Assembly (NCBI GenBank): GCA_951406725.2 | Contig: OX597819.1 | Span: 18,538,001 to 18,602,000 of the forward strand | Reading direction: 5' to 3' | DNA length: 64,000 nt | Source: Octopus vulgaris | Taxonomy: Eukaryota | Shown: positions 1-12,877 of the stretch, piece after piece | How the letters are laid out: each line of letters opens with the position of its first letter | How positions within the stretch are numbered: the first letter of the stretch is position 1 | The notes under the pieces: model-generated | The model's input: only the letters and a program-made list of their open reading frames with translations | What the model was told of the DNA's origin: nothing | Databases searched by the model: none | Program-made: the position numbers and the translations under genes

Positions 1-1075
1 TTTTCCTGTCATTCCCAGGGCACCTATGACAACAGGTATTGTTTTAGTCTTCATGTTCCACATTTTGCTGATTTCTATTTCAAGATCTTTATATTTGCTC
101 AGTTTTTGGTAGATCTTGACAGATACGTTTATATCGATTGGGACAGTCATATCAATGAGGATGTATGATTTTTGTGTGAAGTGTTTCAATATGATGTCTG
201 GCCTATTCGCATCTATCTTACTGTCCAGAGGAGTGAGATGTGATCGTTTTCAAGCACTGGAGGTGGTTTGTGTTCGCACCAGTTTTTATCATGGAGTAAG
301 TCTCGGCTTTTGCAAATTACCCAGTGAATATATTGTACAGCTATCATACCTGTTGAGATACTCTGTAGGTGCAAGACGACTGCACTTGGAGACAACATGA
401 TCAATGGTTTCATTTTGTTATTATCAAACACGACATGTTGGGCTACTGCCGTTCTTTAATATGTTGGCCTGGTAGTTCCTTGTAGGTAGACATTGGTCTT
501 GAGCTGCTATGATAAACATTTCTGTTTCAGATTTTAAGCCAGAGGCCATTAGCCATTGATGGATCAGGGCTTTGTCAACATCGGCATTATTCGCTCTCTT
601 TGGGTATTTGCCATTGAGGTTTTTCTTGTCATTTATCTATCAGAATATCTAAGGAAGCAGTTTTAGCACGGGTTTTCATGCACTTAGCTTTTTCTGTGCT
701 TGTTTCTTGTATATCTAATTCTGAAATTTGTGGTATTCGGAATTCACTTAGATATTCCTTTACCTGTTTTGTTACTGAGTATGACGCGTTCTTGCTTTCA
801 TGTTTTGAGATAAGTTTTGACATCCAGTCCTCAGAGTTTGTCAAGTAGGTGTCTAGGTCAATTGTGGCAATTGCCAGTTGTAAATTCCACGGCCCGCCTC
901 TTTTCTTGGCAGATAAAGTCGTTCTATATATGCCTTAGGTTGGTGCATTCTATGCATTGTCAACAGTTTTCGTATTTTTCTGTCAAGTTTCCATATTTCA
1001 GTAATTGACCAGTTAACGGTATTGGAATTCAACTATAAGTGGCCTATACTCCGCGTTGGAGGGTTAAAGGCATAA
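1..1075 (-). mobile_element. R4/Dong-type (REL endonuclease) non-LTR retrotransposon, decayed C-terminal fragment running off the window start
   Basis: Minus-strand translation gives LIDMTVPIDINVSVKIYQKLSKYKDLEIEISKMWNMKTKTIPVVIGALG (REL endonuclease region), a CCHC-type knuckle remnant (NETIDHVVSKC) and post-RT RLYLPRKE.GRG. It has frameshifts and stops. Same family as 56741-57355. Confidence 0.85.
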
Positions 1076-1183
1076 AGCAGAAGAAGAAGTCACGACTCTT
1101 CTCGCATCACCATCCTCATCAGCATCACCCTCATCATCCTCACCATCATCATCATCATCACCATTCATTCATTCATTCATCCA

Positions 1184-1581
1184 GGTCACTACTTGGAATC
1201 GAAGTCAGATTCTTAGGCCGTGCTCTTAATCACTACGCCATATTCTCGTGTTCAATTATGGAGTGAATTTTAGGGCTTATAAATCTGATATTCCATCCTT
1301 CTTTAATACCGTTTCCCATATGCTGTTCATATCTGCACTCGGTCTGCTTAGGAGGTTGTTGCGTCCTAGCATATGTGCTGCTTCTTTTAGTTTTCATATT
1401 TTCCAGTGGTGTTCTCTGTCTCTTATTTTAACTTCATCTCACAGGGGGAGGTGTTCTCCATTTTCCCATACATGATCAGCTATACCCGATTTATCAATAT
1501 CTCCCTGTGTCACAACTTTGCGATGTTCGTCCAACCCTTATTTTGAGGGGCAGCATGTTTCGCCTTTGTATAACCTACCGA
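1184..1581 (-). mobile_element. Penelope-like element 3' fragment (GIY-YIG end) followed by a tRNA-like A/B-box head
   Basis: 1250-1581 is the reverse complement of a close homolog of about 5855-6183. It continues into atatggcgtagtgattaagagc...cttcgattccaagtagtgacc (1243-1184). Confidence 0.85.
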
Positions 1582-1910
1582 CTTTGCTTTTCATTCTTTT
1601 GGGTCAATAGATTAAGTACCAGTTGAGTACTGAGGTCGATGTAATTGATTTAAACCCCACCTCCCCCAAATTTCAGACCTTCTGCCAATAGTAGAATGGA
1701 TTATTATTATTATTACTATTCTTATGGAGGAGTTGGCCTTGAAGAATCGATCGCGCGCCGACAAATGCTTAACAGCTTTTTCTTCCAGTTTTACGTGCTG
1801 CGATCAAAGTCTGACAAGGTCACATTTTTCATTCATCCTTTCGGGGGTGAATAAAAATGTGTAAGATTAGAGCACAGGCAGTCAATCTAATCGACATACT
1901 CCCTCTTCAA
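1582..1910 (+). mobile_element. Two degenerate copies of the abundant tRNA-derived SINE family A (core gcctttcatcctttcggggtcgataaattaagtaccag)
   Basis: Both stretches match the family-A consensus seen in cleaner copies at 9779-10007 and 20779-21385. Confidence 0.7.
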
Positions 1911-2199
1911 AAACGACTACATATGTACGAAAATTTTAAGCCATCATTTGTATTTTCCTTGCTATATTTTTCACTATCTATATATAAAGTTTCTGATAGA
2001 TTCAAGCAGACGATCATGAAAAATCAACAGATATTTGTTGAGAAAATTCTTTGATATAATTAACTATTGAAATAAATACGAATATAAAAGAAGAGAAATT
2101 TTAATAAATTAACACGTGTCTTTCAAACAGTCAGAAATGATAGCAACAAAGTACATATTTATTAATATATTATGATTGTTATTCCGCTCGTCAGTTTTT

Positions 2200-2295
2200 T
2201 CAATAATTTATTTGTAAACGTGTTAAGCAATATGATTATCGACAGGAAATGTTTATTTTTTCATATATATATATACAAAACAGATTGTATGTGTG

Positions 2296-2384
<89 letters not shown>

Positions 2385-2641
2385 GTATGTATATATATGT
2401 ACATATATACATATATGTACATACGTATATGCAACACACAAGCATATTTATATATTTATGAACTTACGTGTGCATATACATATTATATTCATACTCTCAT
2501 ACGCTGCAGACACTCAACACATTTATTGATGTGTGTGCTTGTGTGTATGTTTATACGTATGAATGCTTCTATAAATATATACCAACCCTGAAGACAATCT
2601 CATACCTACGTCTATATATATATATATGTATATATGTGTAT

Positions 2642-2698
<57 letters not shown>

Positions 2699-2760
2699 CA
2701 GGCGTATATGAATGTTCGATGCTGTGTATATAGTATAAAATGTGTTTGTGTTTGTATGTT
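2200..2760. repeat. (TA)n and TA/TG-rich microsatellite tract
   Basis: Pure (TA)n at about 2301-2380, with degenerate flanks. Confidence 0.95.
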
Positions 2761-2987
2761 TATTTGTACATACATTTGTAAGCATCTACGTAATTCATTG
2801 TGCATTTTGTTATATATTTTATTTCACTGTTTAATTCATCGTTCTTATGCATATCCAAATGTGCATCTTATAAGGACGTCTACCTTTGCACCCATCTTTA
2901 TATCATTTGTTCTATCTCTCTTTCCACAGAACTCTTTCAAGCTTCGCCATATATTGTTTCAATTATGGTGTTTGATTTATATATATA

Positions 2988-3148
2988 CAGGAGTGGCTGT
3001 GTGGTAAGTAGTTTGCTAACCAACCACATGGTTCCGGGTTCAGTCCCACTGCGTGGCATCTTGGGCAAGTGTCTTCTGCTATAGCCCCGGTCCAACCAAT
3101 GCCTTGTGAGTGGATTTGGTAGACAGAAACTGAAAGAAGCCTGTCGTA

Positions 3149-3201
<53 letters not shown>

Positions 3202-3418
3202 TTGTGTGTCTGTGTTTGTCCCCCTAGCATTGCTTGACAACCGATGCTGGTGTGTTTACGTCCCCGTCAATTAGCGGTTCGGCAAAACAGACCGATAGAA
3301 TATGTACTGGGCTTACAAAGAATAAGTCCCGGGGTCGATTTGCTCGACTAAAGGCGGTGCTCCAGCATAGCCGCAGTCAAATGACTGAAACAAGTATAAG
3401 AGTAAAAGAGTAAAAGAA
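2988..3418 (+). mobile_element. tRNA-derived SINE family B (CORE-like, internal TA/TG microsatellite)
   Basis: A-box-like tggctgtgtgg, B-box-like ggttcagtccc and CORE-like cttgggcaagtgtctt. It has an internal (TA)n(TG)n and a 3' end ...gcagtcaaatgactgaaacaagt. Homologous copies at 8598-8970, 36585-37018 and 37140-37508. Confidence 0.85.
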
Positions 3419-3819
3419 TATATATATATATATATATACATATATATATGTATATATATATATATATATATATTTATACATATATATATGTATATCATTT
3501 GTTCGATTCCCCGGTGTGCCTGTGTGGATTAGTGTTTAACGTGACATTCTGATATCCTTAATTGGCGGCCAATACAAAATCTTGGAGGTGTAACAGTACA
3601 TTCACTGCATACGGGATGGGACGAGCGACTGTTGCCTGGAGGAGATTACCAGGTTTAGACAGTCTGCCATAAGAGCTATGTTTATATCACCTAAATGTTT
3701 GCCTACATATTACAATTGACGGATATTTAACAACAAACAAGTTGGGGACAAATATCCGTCAATTTTAAATAATGTAAATAATGTACATAATTCCTCATCT
3801 CTTAAATATAGAACTGCAT

Positions 3820-6160
3820 TATCTAATCGGTACGGAGCTGATATTAGACTGCACTGGGGACATATAGAGAAGCTCCATCAAAAACTAGCTAGACTTTCAA
3901 TCCATTTCACTTTCCTGCGTAGGTGTAGAGGCTCAAAGCTTGAATATAATGACACCAGTGGATTCATATAAAGCTAGAAGAGTAGCGCAAAGGGCAGGAC
4001 ACGTCCTCGTCTGCGAGAGGATCTATTACAACTTTTAGAAACAAAAAACATCAATTAAATTACGAAATCAAAGAGAGGTTATCTTCATTAGTTAGGAAAA
4101 TAACCGGAGATGATGATAGAAAGAGAATCCAACAAGATCTAGAAAAGTCATGCATGAAAAAATTTGAAATGCTGAAGACACACCAGATTAAGAAGTTTAT
4201 GAAAATCAAAGGTCAGAGAATGAAGACTGAAGTCCGTCACCCACCTACTGAAGGCAGTAATTAATGTAGGTAGCCGGCATCTAGAAAGCTCTGAAGAAGC
4301 AGTACTGAACAAAGGTCTCAACTTTGCGACAACCATCAAGTGCATTCCACACTTGGACATAATGGCCCCTATTGATTAGATAGCCATAAAGACACCAAAA
4401 GCCCAGGGAGATGAACTAAGGGGGAAAGTGAGACAAGTACTAAAAAAAGAGAAACTTCCGAAACCAAATATCACTAAGGTAGAAACGTTCACTATCAAAA
4501 GTCTGCAGAGTGACAATTCCATCATAATACTTCCAGCAGACAAAGAAAATGTAACAGTGGTGATGAACAAGTCTGACTACTTGGAAAAACTGGCAATCTT
4601 ATAAGTGATGGTAGCTAGAGCAAAGTAGAGAAAGACCCTACTTTGAAAGCAGAGAGGAAGTCGTCACAGATCTTGATCAAGAACAAGGATCACTTTACAC
4701 AAATGAAGTACAGACAACTGACTCAACACCACAGTAAACTCACACACATGTACGGTCTTCCTAAGATTCACAAGGATGGTATTCCATTAAGATCTATAGT
4801 GAGCTGCAGAGGTTCAGCATATCCTCCACTGAGCCGCGTTCTTTTGGATATAATCAGTCTATTAGCAGGAAAGTCAACATTGTACGTGAAGAATTCCACC
4901 CACATCACAGAATTGATCAAGGATACCCCCATTGAATCCAACCAGATGGTGAATCTAGATTAGATAAGCCTGTTCACTAAACTCCCAACTGGTGAAGCAC
5001 TATCGGTGATACAAGAAAAACTAGTGGCAGACATCATCTAAAAGAACGCACTAGTATACTAATAAGAAACTTGATGGAAATGTTGACCTCCTGTGTAGGA
5101 AATACCTACTACAGTATGGACACTAATATATATCGATGAGAGGAGGGTTTAGCTATGGGTTAGCTATTATCACCGATAATAGCCAATATATACATGGAAT
5201 ACTTTGAGAATTTGGCTTTAGGATCAACGTCACTAAAACTAACACTATGGCTACGATATGTTGATGACACCTTCATACTCTGGCCCCACCAGGAAGATGT
5301 CCAAGTGCTGTTAGATCATGTGAACTCAATAAAGCCATCCATACAGTTCACAATGGAAAGAGAAAAAGTCAAACAGCTGGCATTCCCGAACGTATTAATA
5401 AAACGCACCAAGTATGGATTCAGGGCATCCATATACCGCAAGCCGACATTCACTTGAAGATACCTCAACTTCAACTCCCACCATCCATACAGTGTAAACA
5501 GAAGGATTTCTCAGTGCCTAAAACATCGTGCAAAGAATACAAGTAGTGATCGTGATAGACACCACGAAGAAATGATCAAGCTCAGTAACAATCTATTAAG
5601 CAACAACTACCCCAAAAGCATACTCTCCGCTCCAATCAGGAAGAAAAGAGAGGATGAAACCGATAAACACTCCACAGTATGTCTACCATATGCGAAAGGC
5701 CTCTCCGAAAAGATACAGAAGATATGCGGCCCATATGACATCAGGACAGTATTCAAGAATAATACAACACTTCGCAAATATCTCCTCCGAGTAAAACCAC
5801 CAATAGAAGAGAATATGACTAAGAACTGCATGCACTCCATTCCATGCAGCTGTGGTAGGTGATACAAAAGCGAAACATGTTGCCCCTTCATAATAAGGGT
5901 AGACGAACATTGCAAAGCTGTGACACGGGGAGATATTGATAAATCGGGTATAGCTGATTATGTATGGAAAAATGGAGACTAACCCACCCTCGTGGGATGA
6001 TGTTAAAATAATAGACAAAGAACGCCACTGGAAAATATGAAAACTAAAAGAAGCAGCACATATGCTACGACACAACAACCTCCTAAGCAGACCGAGTGCA
6101 GATATGAGTAGCATATGGGAACCGGTATTAAGGAAGGGTGGGAGAATATTATATTTATAA
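3820..6160 (+). pseudogene. Penelope RT/GIY-YIG polyprotein, broken by multiple stops and frameshifts
   Basis: ORF pieces 4643-4963, 5194-5457 and 5572-5862 are collinear parts of one PLE protein, with the catalytic YVDD intact. Confidence 0.9.
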
Positions 6161-6308
6161 GCCCTAAAATTCACTCCATAATTCCATTCTGGCATATGGC
6201 GTAGTGGTTAAGATAAGTGGCATAAAAATAATAATAATAATAATAATGACAACAACAACATCGAAAAATACCTTAGGAATGAGAACACAGGTTCTAAATT
6301 TCCCCAAG

Positions 6309-6353
6309 ACACCTGATGAAGGCTGGAGGATATATCAGCCGAAGTATTGTTTT
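6309..6353 (+). ncRNA. Minimal type I hammerhead ribozyme motif in the Penelope 3' terminal repeat (core mutated GAAA>GAAG in this copy)
   Basis: acac-CTGATGA-a-ggctg(gaggatatat)cagcc-GAAG-tattgttt. The consensus of three copies (here, 17464-17508, 32204-32247) is acacCTGATGAaggctggagggtatatcagccGAAAcgttgtgt. Minimal hammerheads in PLE pseudo-LTRs are established. Confidence 0.75.
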
Positions 6354-6445
6354 AACAACAAACAAGATGAGGACAAATATCCGTCAATTGTAAATAATGT
6401 AAATAATATACATAATTCCTCACCTCTTAAATATAGAACTGTATT

Positions 6446-6577
6446 ATCTAATGACTTCCTGATTGTTCTGGTCGTGCCAAGAAGGCTTACCTTTTGTAAG
6501 AGTTCTGCTGGGCATTTCATTCCAATTTTTTTATATTCCACTTGATGCCTTCTAATATTGTCCCCTAGCACCCAACA
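6446..6577 (-). mobile_element. R4/Dong-type LINE C-terminal remnant interrupted by the Penelope insertion
   Basis: LLQKVSLLGTTRTIRKSL parallels IQKIALLDTAHILRRTL at the end of the 62605-62908 copy. Confidence 0.65.
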
Positions 6578-6606
6578 ATATCATCATCCTCCTTCTCATC
6601 ATCATC

Positions 6607-6677
<71 letters not shown>

Positions 6678-6739
6678 CATCATAATCATCATCATTATTA
6701 TTATTATTATTATTATTATCATTATTATTATTATTTGTA

Positions 6740-7573
<834 letters not shown>

Positions 7574-8597
7574 CTCAATGGAATTATGTCTAAAAATTTT
7601 GAAAAATTTTCAAAATTACTCCGTCGAAATTAATTTCGTTTTTCGTGGAAGTAGTTGAAGATAATTCAATCATGTTTTTTTTTTTTATTTGTTTCGTTTG
7701 TATTTACTTCTTATTCATACTTTAACCCAGCAACGCTTGCCAACTTCCTAGCTACCTGTACTGAATAATGGAAATTTAAATATCAGAGAGACTAATATGA
7801 AACGTAAAGAAATATGGTTAAATTTTGTGTCTGTTACTTTCTTCTTTCGTTTCTTCCTCTTCTTTCTCTCTTTTTGATTTTAAATAGCTTGATTAACCAA
7901 ATAAAATAAAAAGAAGCAAAACACAAATGGTAATATATTGAAATAAATACTATATGGAAAAGAAAAGCAAAAACGCGAATACAACCACACGAACCTGTTT
8001 CAACAGACTGTATTATATCGTTTGTTGTCATTCAACTGATCATAATTTGGTCTAATTCTTTACATGTTAAATTAAATTCCGATATATAGAATTAAGATAT
8101 AAAAAGAATGAAAAAAAAAACAGATAATGAAAATGAGAACAGAAGAGAGACGGGGCTGGAGATAGAGAGATATATAGTTAGAATAGAGAGAGAAAGAGAA
8201 AGTGAGAGAGAGAGAGAGAGAGGAAAGATAATGTACATGTGTGTGGTAGGGTGTATGAGATGATGGTGGGACTAAATTTGCTAGATGTCGTAAAAATCAA
8301 TTTATTACGATTTACAATATCAATACGGCCGAGTATAATATCCATTTCTTTCTTTCTAAGTACCTAAGTTATAAATAAAACGAAAATATATCCGTGAGTT
8401 GGTTGAAAATAGAAAACATATTTTAAATAACTAAATAAAGAAATAGATAAACATTTTGTGTTTTATAGCTGTTGATATAAATATCGAATGAAATTAACTT
8501 CTAAAGATACACAGACAATTAATACAAACGAGCAAAAGTCTGTGCAGAGAAACATACGGAATTACAAATATGTCTACATGTTTGTATGTGAGTATAT

Positions 8598-8745
8598 TCT
8601 TTTCTTCTTTCTTTTGTTTTAGTCATTTGACTGCGGCCATGCTGGAGCAAAACCTTTAGTCGAACAAATCGAACCGAAGACTTATTCTTTGTAAGCCTAG
8701 TACTTATTCTATCGGTCTCTTTTGCCAAACCGCCGATGGACACAC

Positions 8746-8815
<70 letters not shown>

Positions 8816-8970
8816 ACACATATTTATATATATATATATATTTATACGACAGGCTTCTTTCAGTTTCCGACTACACAGTGCACTTACAAGGCTTTGGTCG
8901 GCCCAAGGATATAGTAAAAGACACTTGCCCATGTGGTTGGTAAGCAAGCTGACTACCACTCAGCCACCCC
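8598..8970 (-). mobile_element. SINE family B copy (internal deletion in head)
   Basis: Reverse complement of the 2988-3418 family, with internal (TG)n/(TA)n. Confidence 0.8.
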
Positions 8971-9778
8971 TATACACACGCACGCACGCACACACACACA
9001 TGAATGTATGTATGTATGTATATATGTATGCATGAATATATGTATGTATGTATGTATGCTTGTATGTATGCATGTGAGTATGTATGTTTGTATGTATGTA
9101 TGCATGTAAATATGTATGTTTGTATGTATGTATGTATGTATGTATGTATGTATGTATGTATGTATGTATGTATGTATGAATGTGAGTATGTATGTATATA
9201 TGTATGTATGTATGTATGCATTTGAGTGTGTATGTTTGTATGTATGCATGTATAATTATGCCTATTTACCTCAGCGCATATTATACCTGTGCGCGCGTTT
9301 GCAATCATATACGTACATACTCACTTGCACGTAAAAGCATACACATATGGGCTTATATTCACTTTTATATAGGTTTCCTTGCGCTAAGTACACACATACA
9401 TGCACACACACACACACATACACACAAACACACTCACACTCACAAACACACTCATATATATATATATATGCGTATGTACGTGTGTGTGTGTATTTATGTG
9501 TGTCTGGGACTCTGTTTGTATATGTATCACTATAGTAATAGCGAAAGACGACGGGATACATGTAACAAAAAAGAAACTACCTACTTAATAAGATACATAA
9601 ACGCGATATGGGGAGCCAGTTTAATTTAATCATCACCTGCCACTTACCAACAATTAACACACACACACATACATACATACATACATACATACATACATAC
9701 ATACATACATACATACATACATACATACATACATACATACATACATACAAACATACATACATACATATATAAATATAT

Positions 9779-10007
9779 GGCGGCGAGCTGGCAGAAACAT
9801 TAGCACACCGGGCGAAATGCTTAGCGGTATTGCGTCTGTCGGTGCGTTCTGAGTTCAAATTCCGCCGAGGTCGACTTTTCCTCTCATCCTTTCGGGGTCG
9901 ATAAACTAAGTACCAGTTACGCACTGGGATCGATATAATCGACTTAATCCGTTTGTCTGTCCTTGTTTGTCCCCGCTATGTTTAGCCCCTTGTGGGCAAT
10001 AAAGCAA
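9779..10007 (+). mobile_element. Full-length SINE family A copy (long tail type)
   Basis: ggcggcgagctggcagaa (A box), gagttcaaattcc (B box), core tcatcctttcggggtcgataaactaagtaccag, tail gccccttgtgggcaataaag. Confidence 0.9.
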
Positions 10008-10299
10008 CATATATATATATATATATATGTATGTAAAATTTCAAATAGTGCTTTCTCTTTCGGTTTCATTCCATTTGCCTCGCTATATTTTCAAAAAAAT
10101 ACTTCATCTTGCTAAAGTAGTATTCTTACGGCTTGCATACATCGAACATGAAAGCCTGTATGAATGATAGAAAAACACATCCCGAGGCACATACAGCCTC
10201 GTTCATACATATATACTTTTGAATGCATACTCCTACACCTAATTGTGCGTGTGTATTTGTGTGCATGTATATGTATATGTGTGTGTATGTATGCATATA

Positions 10300-10351
<52 letters not shown>

Positions 10352-10719
10352 GATGTATGTATACTTGTATGCATGTATGTGTATATATTTATATATGTTT
10401 GTGTATGTGTGTATGTGTATAATATATAGGTATACACACACATGTATGAACATATATAAATATATAAATAAATTCTACGCCAATCAATATAGGGTTGCAT
10501 ACTATTTATTTACTATCCCTTAATCTTAATTTTCTAATCCCTCAATTTCCTAATCCCTAGTCGTCCCTGAATCATCCCAACTCAGCGTACGAATTTATAG
10601 TTCTTTGATATAATGCGAAAATGGTTGCATTACAATATCGAAAAATCCTTCAAGTGATCGCGTGTCTTATTGGTTTTAAAGTTTGGTTTAGGGTTTAGGG
10701 TGGGGTTACGCCAATTATA

Positions 10720-11830
10720 GCAAATTCAGTGTTCAACCGCTACTCATGTTATGACCCCGAAACAATGAAAAGCATCGTAGACCCCCGACGGCATTTGAAC
10801 TTAGAATGTAAAGTCGCAATGAATACCGCTAAGCATTTTGTCCGGTGCGGCAACGAATCTGTCCGCTCGCCGCTTTCCATGTCTTATTTAATGGGACTTG
10901 TGTATTTGCTTCACGCTTTTTAGATCTTCATATTTCCAAGTACAGGATAGTTCATGCTTTACAGATGACATCGCAGTTTGGATGAAACACTTGTATTTAG
11001 GGCAAATAATTAAAATACGATTACACTTTGACTAGTATCATTCTCTGTTTCCTTGTTGATCAGTTATTGCTCTCTGGATTACATAAAAGTGACGAAATAT
11101 GATATTAATTTTTATAAAACAACTAGAAAATAAACAACTGAGGTTTTTACAATATTGTCATGCCAAAGTACAGTGAATGCTTTTCTTACGGGTTCGAATA
11201 CGTACCGATTTCAAATGCCACCGTGGTCATTTTTGCTTTCATTATTACAAGCTTAGTGAAATAAACATCGCCTAAATACTGGGATGTATACAATATGTAC
11301 TAGTTCATGCGTTAGTCTTCAAATACACAGGCGTCATCACGAAACAGCCACATAAACGCTCAGGATTTTATATTTCATATATTTATTTCCCCTGTCTGTT
11401 TGCACATTCCCAAGCGAAGGGCTAACATTGTCCAACATAAAAAAAACAACAACATAATAATCGTATCTACTATAGGCAGAAAACCTGAAGTCTGTGGAGA
11501 GAAGGCCCACTCAATCACATGGATCCCAGGGTCCAGATAATAATTATTTTATACATTGCAAAAGGTTGACTGGCAAAGTCGGCTCTGGGTGGATTTGAAC
11601 TCAGAACATTCGAGAATTTCCGTTTCATCCGGCACTCCTTATCTGGTCTGCTAATGATTCTCCCAACTGGCTTCTAATTAATATTCATAATCGTTTCTAA
11701 CAGACACAAAAGCCTGAAATTTGCAAGGAGAGAGAGTCGATCACATCGACCCCAGTGTTAATCTGGTATTTATCCCATCGAGCTTGTAAGAATGAAAGCA
11801 AAAGTAACCCCGGCGGCATTTGAACTTAGT
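10720..11830 (-). mobile_element. Three old, diverged SINE family A copies (about 10720-10875, 11480-11670, 11700-11830)
   Basis: Each retains atttgaact.ag, the complement of the B box, plus core remnants. Confidence 0.6.
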
Positions 11831-12877
11831 ACCTATTCGAGTCCGTAAGTAAAGCATTCACTATACTTTGTCATGGAGAAAATGTTTCGCTGTTGACAAA
11901 TGGGTATATAGACAGCGAGTTCGAATTCTCCCTCGAACACAAACAGACTGCTGGATGTATGTATTTGGGTGTAGTCGTTTCCCCTTCACCATCAGACATA
12001 TACTCACGCATTGATGTGTGTGTGTATATATATGTATGTGTGTGTGTATGTATGTCTGTTTGTCCTTGATTGAAACAAAGTGCAAGGTTAATACATCCAT
12101 TAAACGCAATTTTACTACATATTTAATATAGATACATCATTTATAGATAATCTTCTGCGATATTTGTCCAGAGGTTAAGATCCTTTCCGACGAGCCGTTT
12201 TTAAAAATCATAGCATATATTAGAGGGCGAACAAAATTGCAGATAGCGAAAACCCAACATGCATTTTGGCCAACTTGCGCTTTATGAACTGATTGTATTC
12301 TCACGCATCTACATACCTAAGCGTAAATTCTTACCACCGTAGAGACGATGTCCCCACCTTCCTTCGTTGTATATTTCTCTTTCTATACACAGCAGGTTCA
12401 TAAGATGTGTTATAGCTGGAAGAATACTGCAGTAATTTTGCCTTTCAACATTGTATTTGTCTCGAATACGATACAAAGATTTCTATTTTAATGTAATATC
12501 TCTTCTGTATCATAAGACGTATTTTTACTCACTCTTTCTTATACATAGGAGGCGACAAATTTCGTCTAAGCATGTGGAAGGCTAAGGCTAGGTTCCAACC
12601 AAACTGAGTCTTGCGTTTTCGGTAGATACTGCTATGGTCAGTAGTAGACTAAAAGAAAAATGCGTGAGTAAATACAACGATAGAAATATATAGGATGTTT
12701 ATATTGAAAGAAAGGTACATAAGTAGAGAAAAACAGAATTGGTTATAAAATTAAAATAGTGAATGGAGAAAGCAATATAAAGATAGATCAAACGTAGAAA
12801 ATAGATTTATAGTTATGTATGTGTGTGGGGGAATACAAATCTATCTATCTGTCTATGTCTGTGTCAATGTATATGCT

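Larger units (their letters stand above)
3710..6452 (+). mobile_element. Penelope-like retroelement, near full length, inactivated (RT + GIY-YIG endonuclease, pseudo-LTRs, 5' inverted segment)
   Basis: Motifs in order: RYG..EKL..KLAR..H..FLRRC, VLNKGLNFAT, ILPADK, YGLPKIHKDGIPLRSIVS (ORF 4643-4963), GLAMG, WLRYVDDTF (ORF 5194-5457), YRKPT, HSIPCSCG (ORF 5572-5862). A 99-nt direct repeat lies at 3729-3827 / 6354-6452 (6 mismatches by my count), with an inverted copy of part of it at 3710-3728. Confidence 0.93.

Noticed and set aside
2172-3007. Long YIYI/ICVC-type ORFs here and throughout the window
   Set aside because: They are translations of (TA)n/(TG)n microsatellites, which lack stop codons in most frames.
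5607-6195. Minus-strand ORFs 5607-5915 and 5683-6195
   Set aside because: Antisense shadows of the Penelope coding region.
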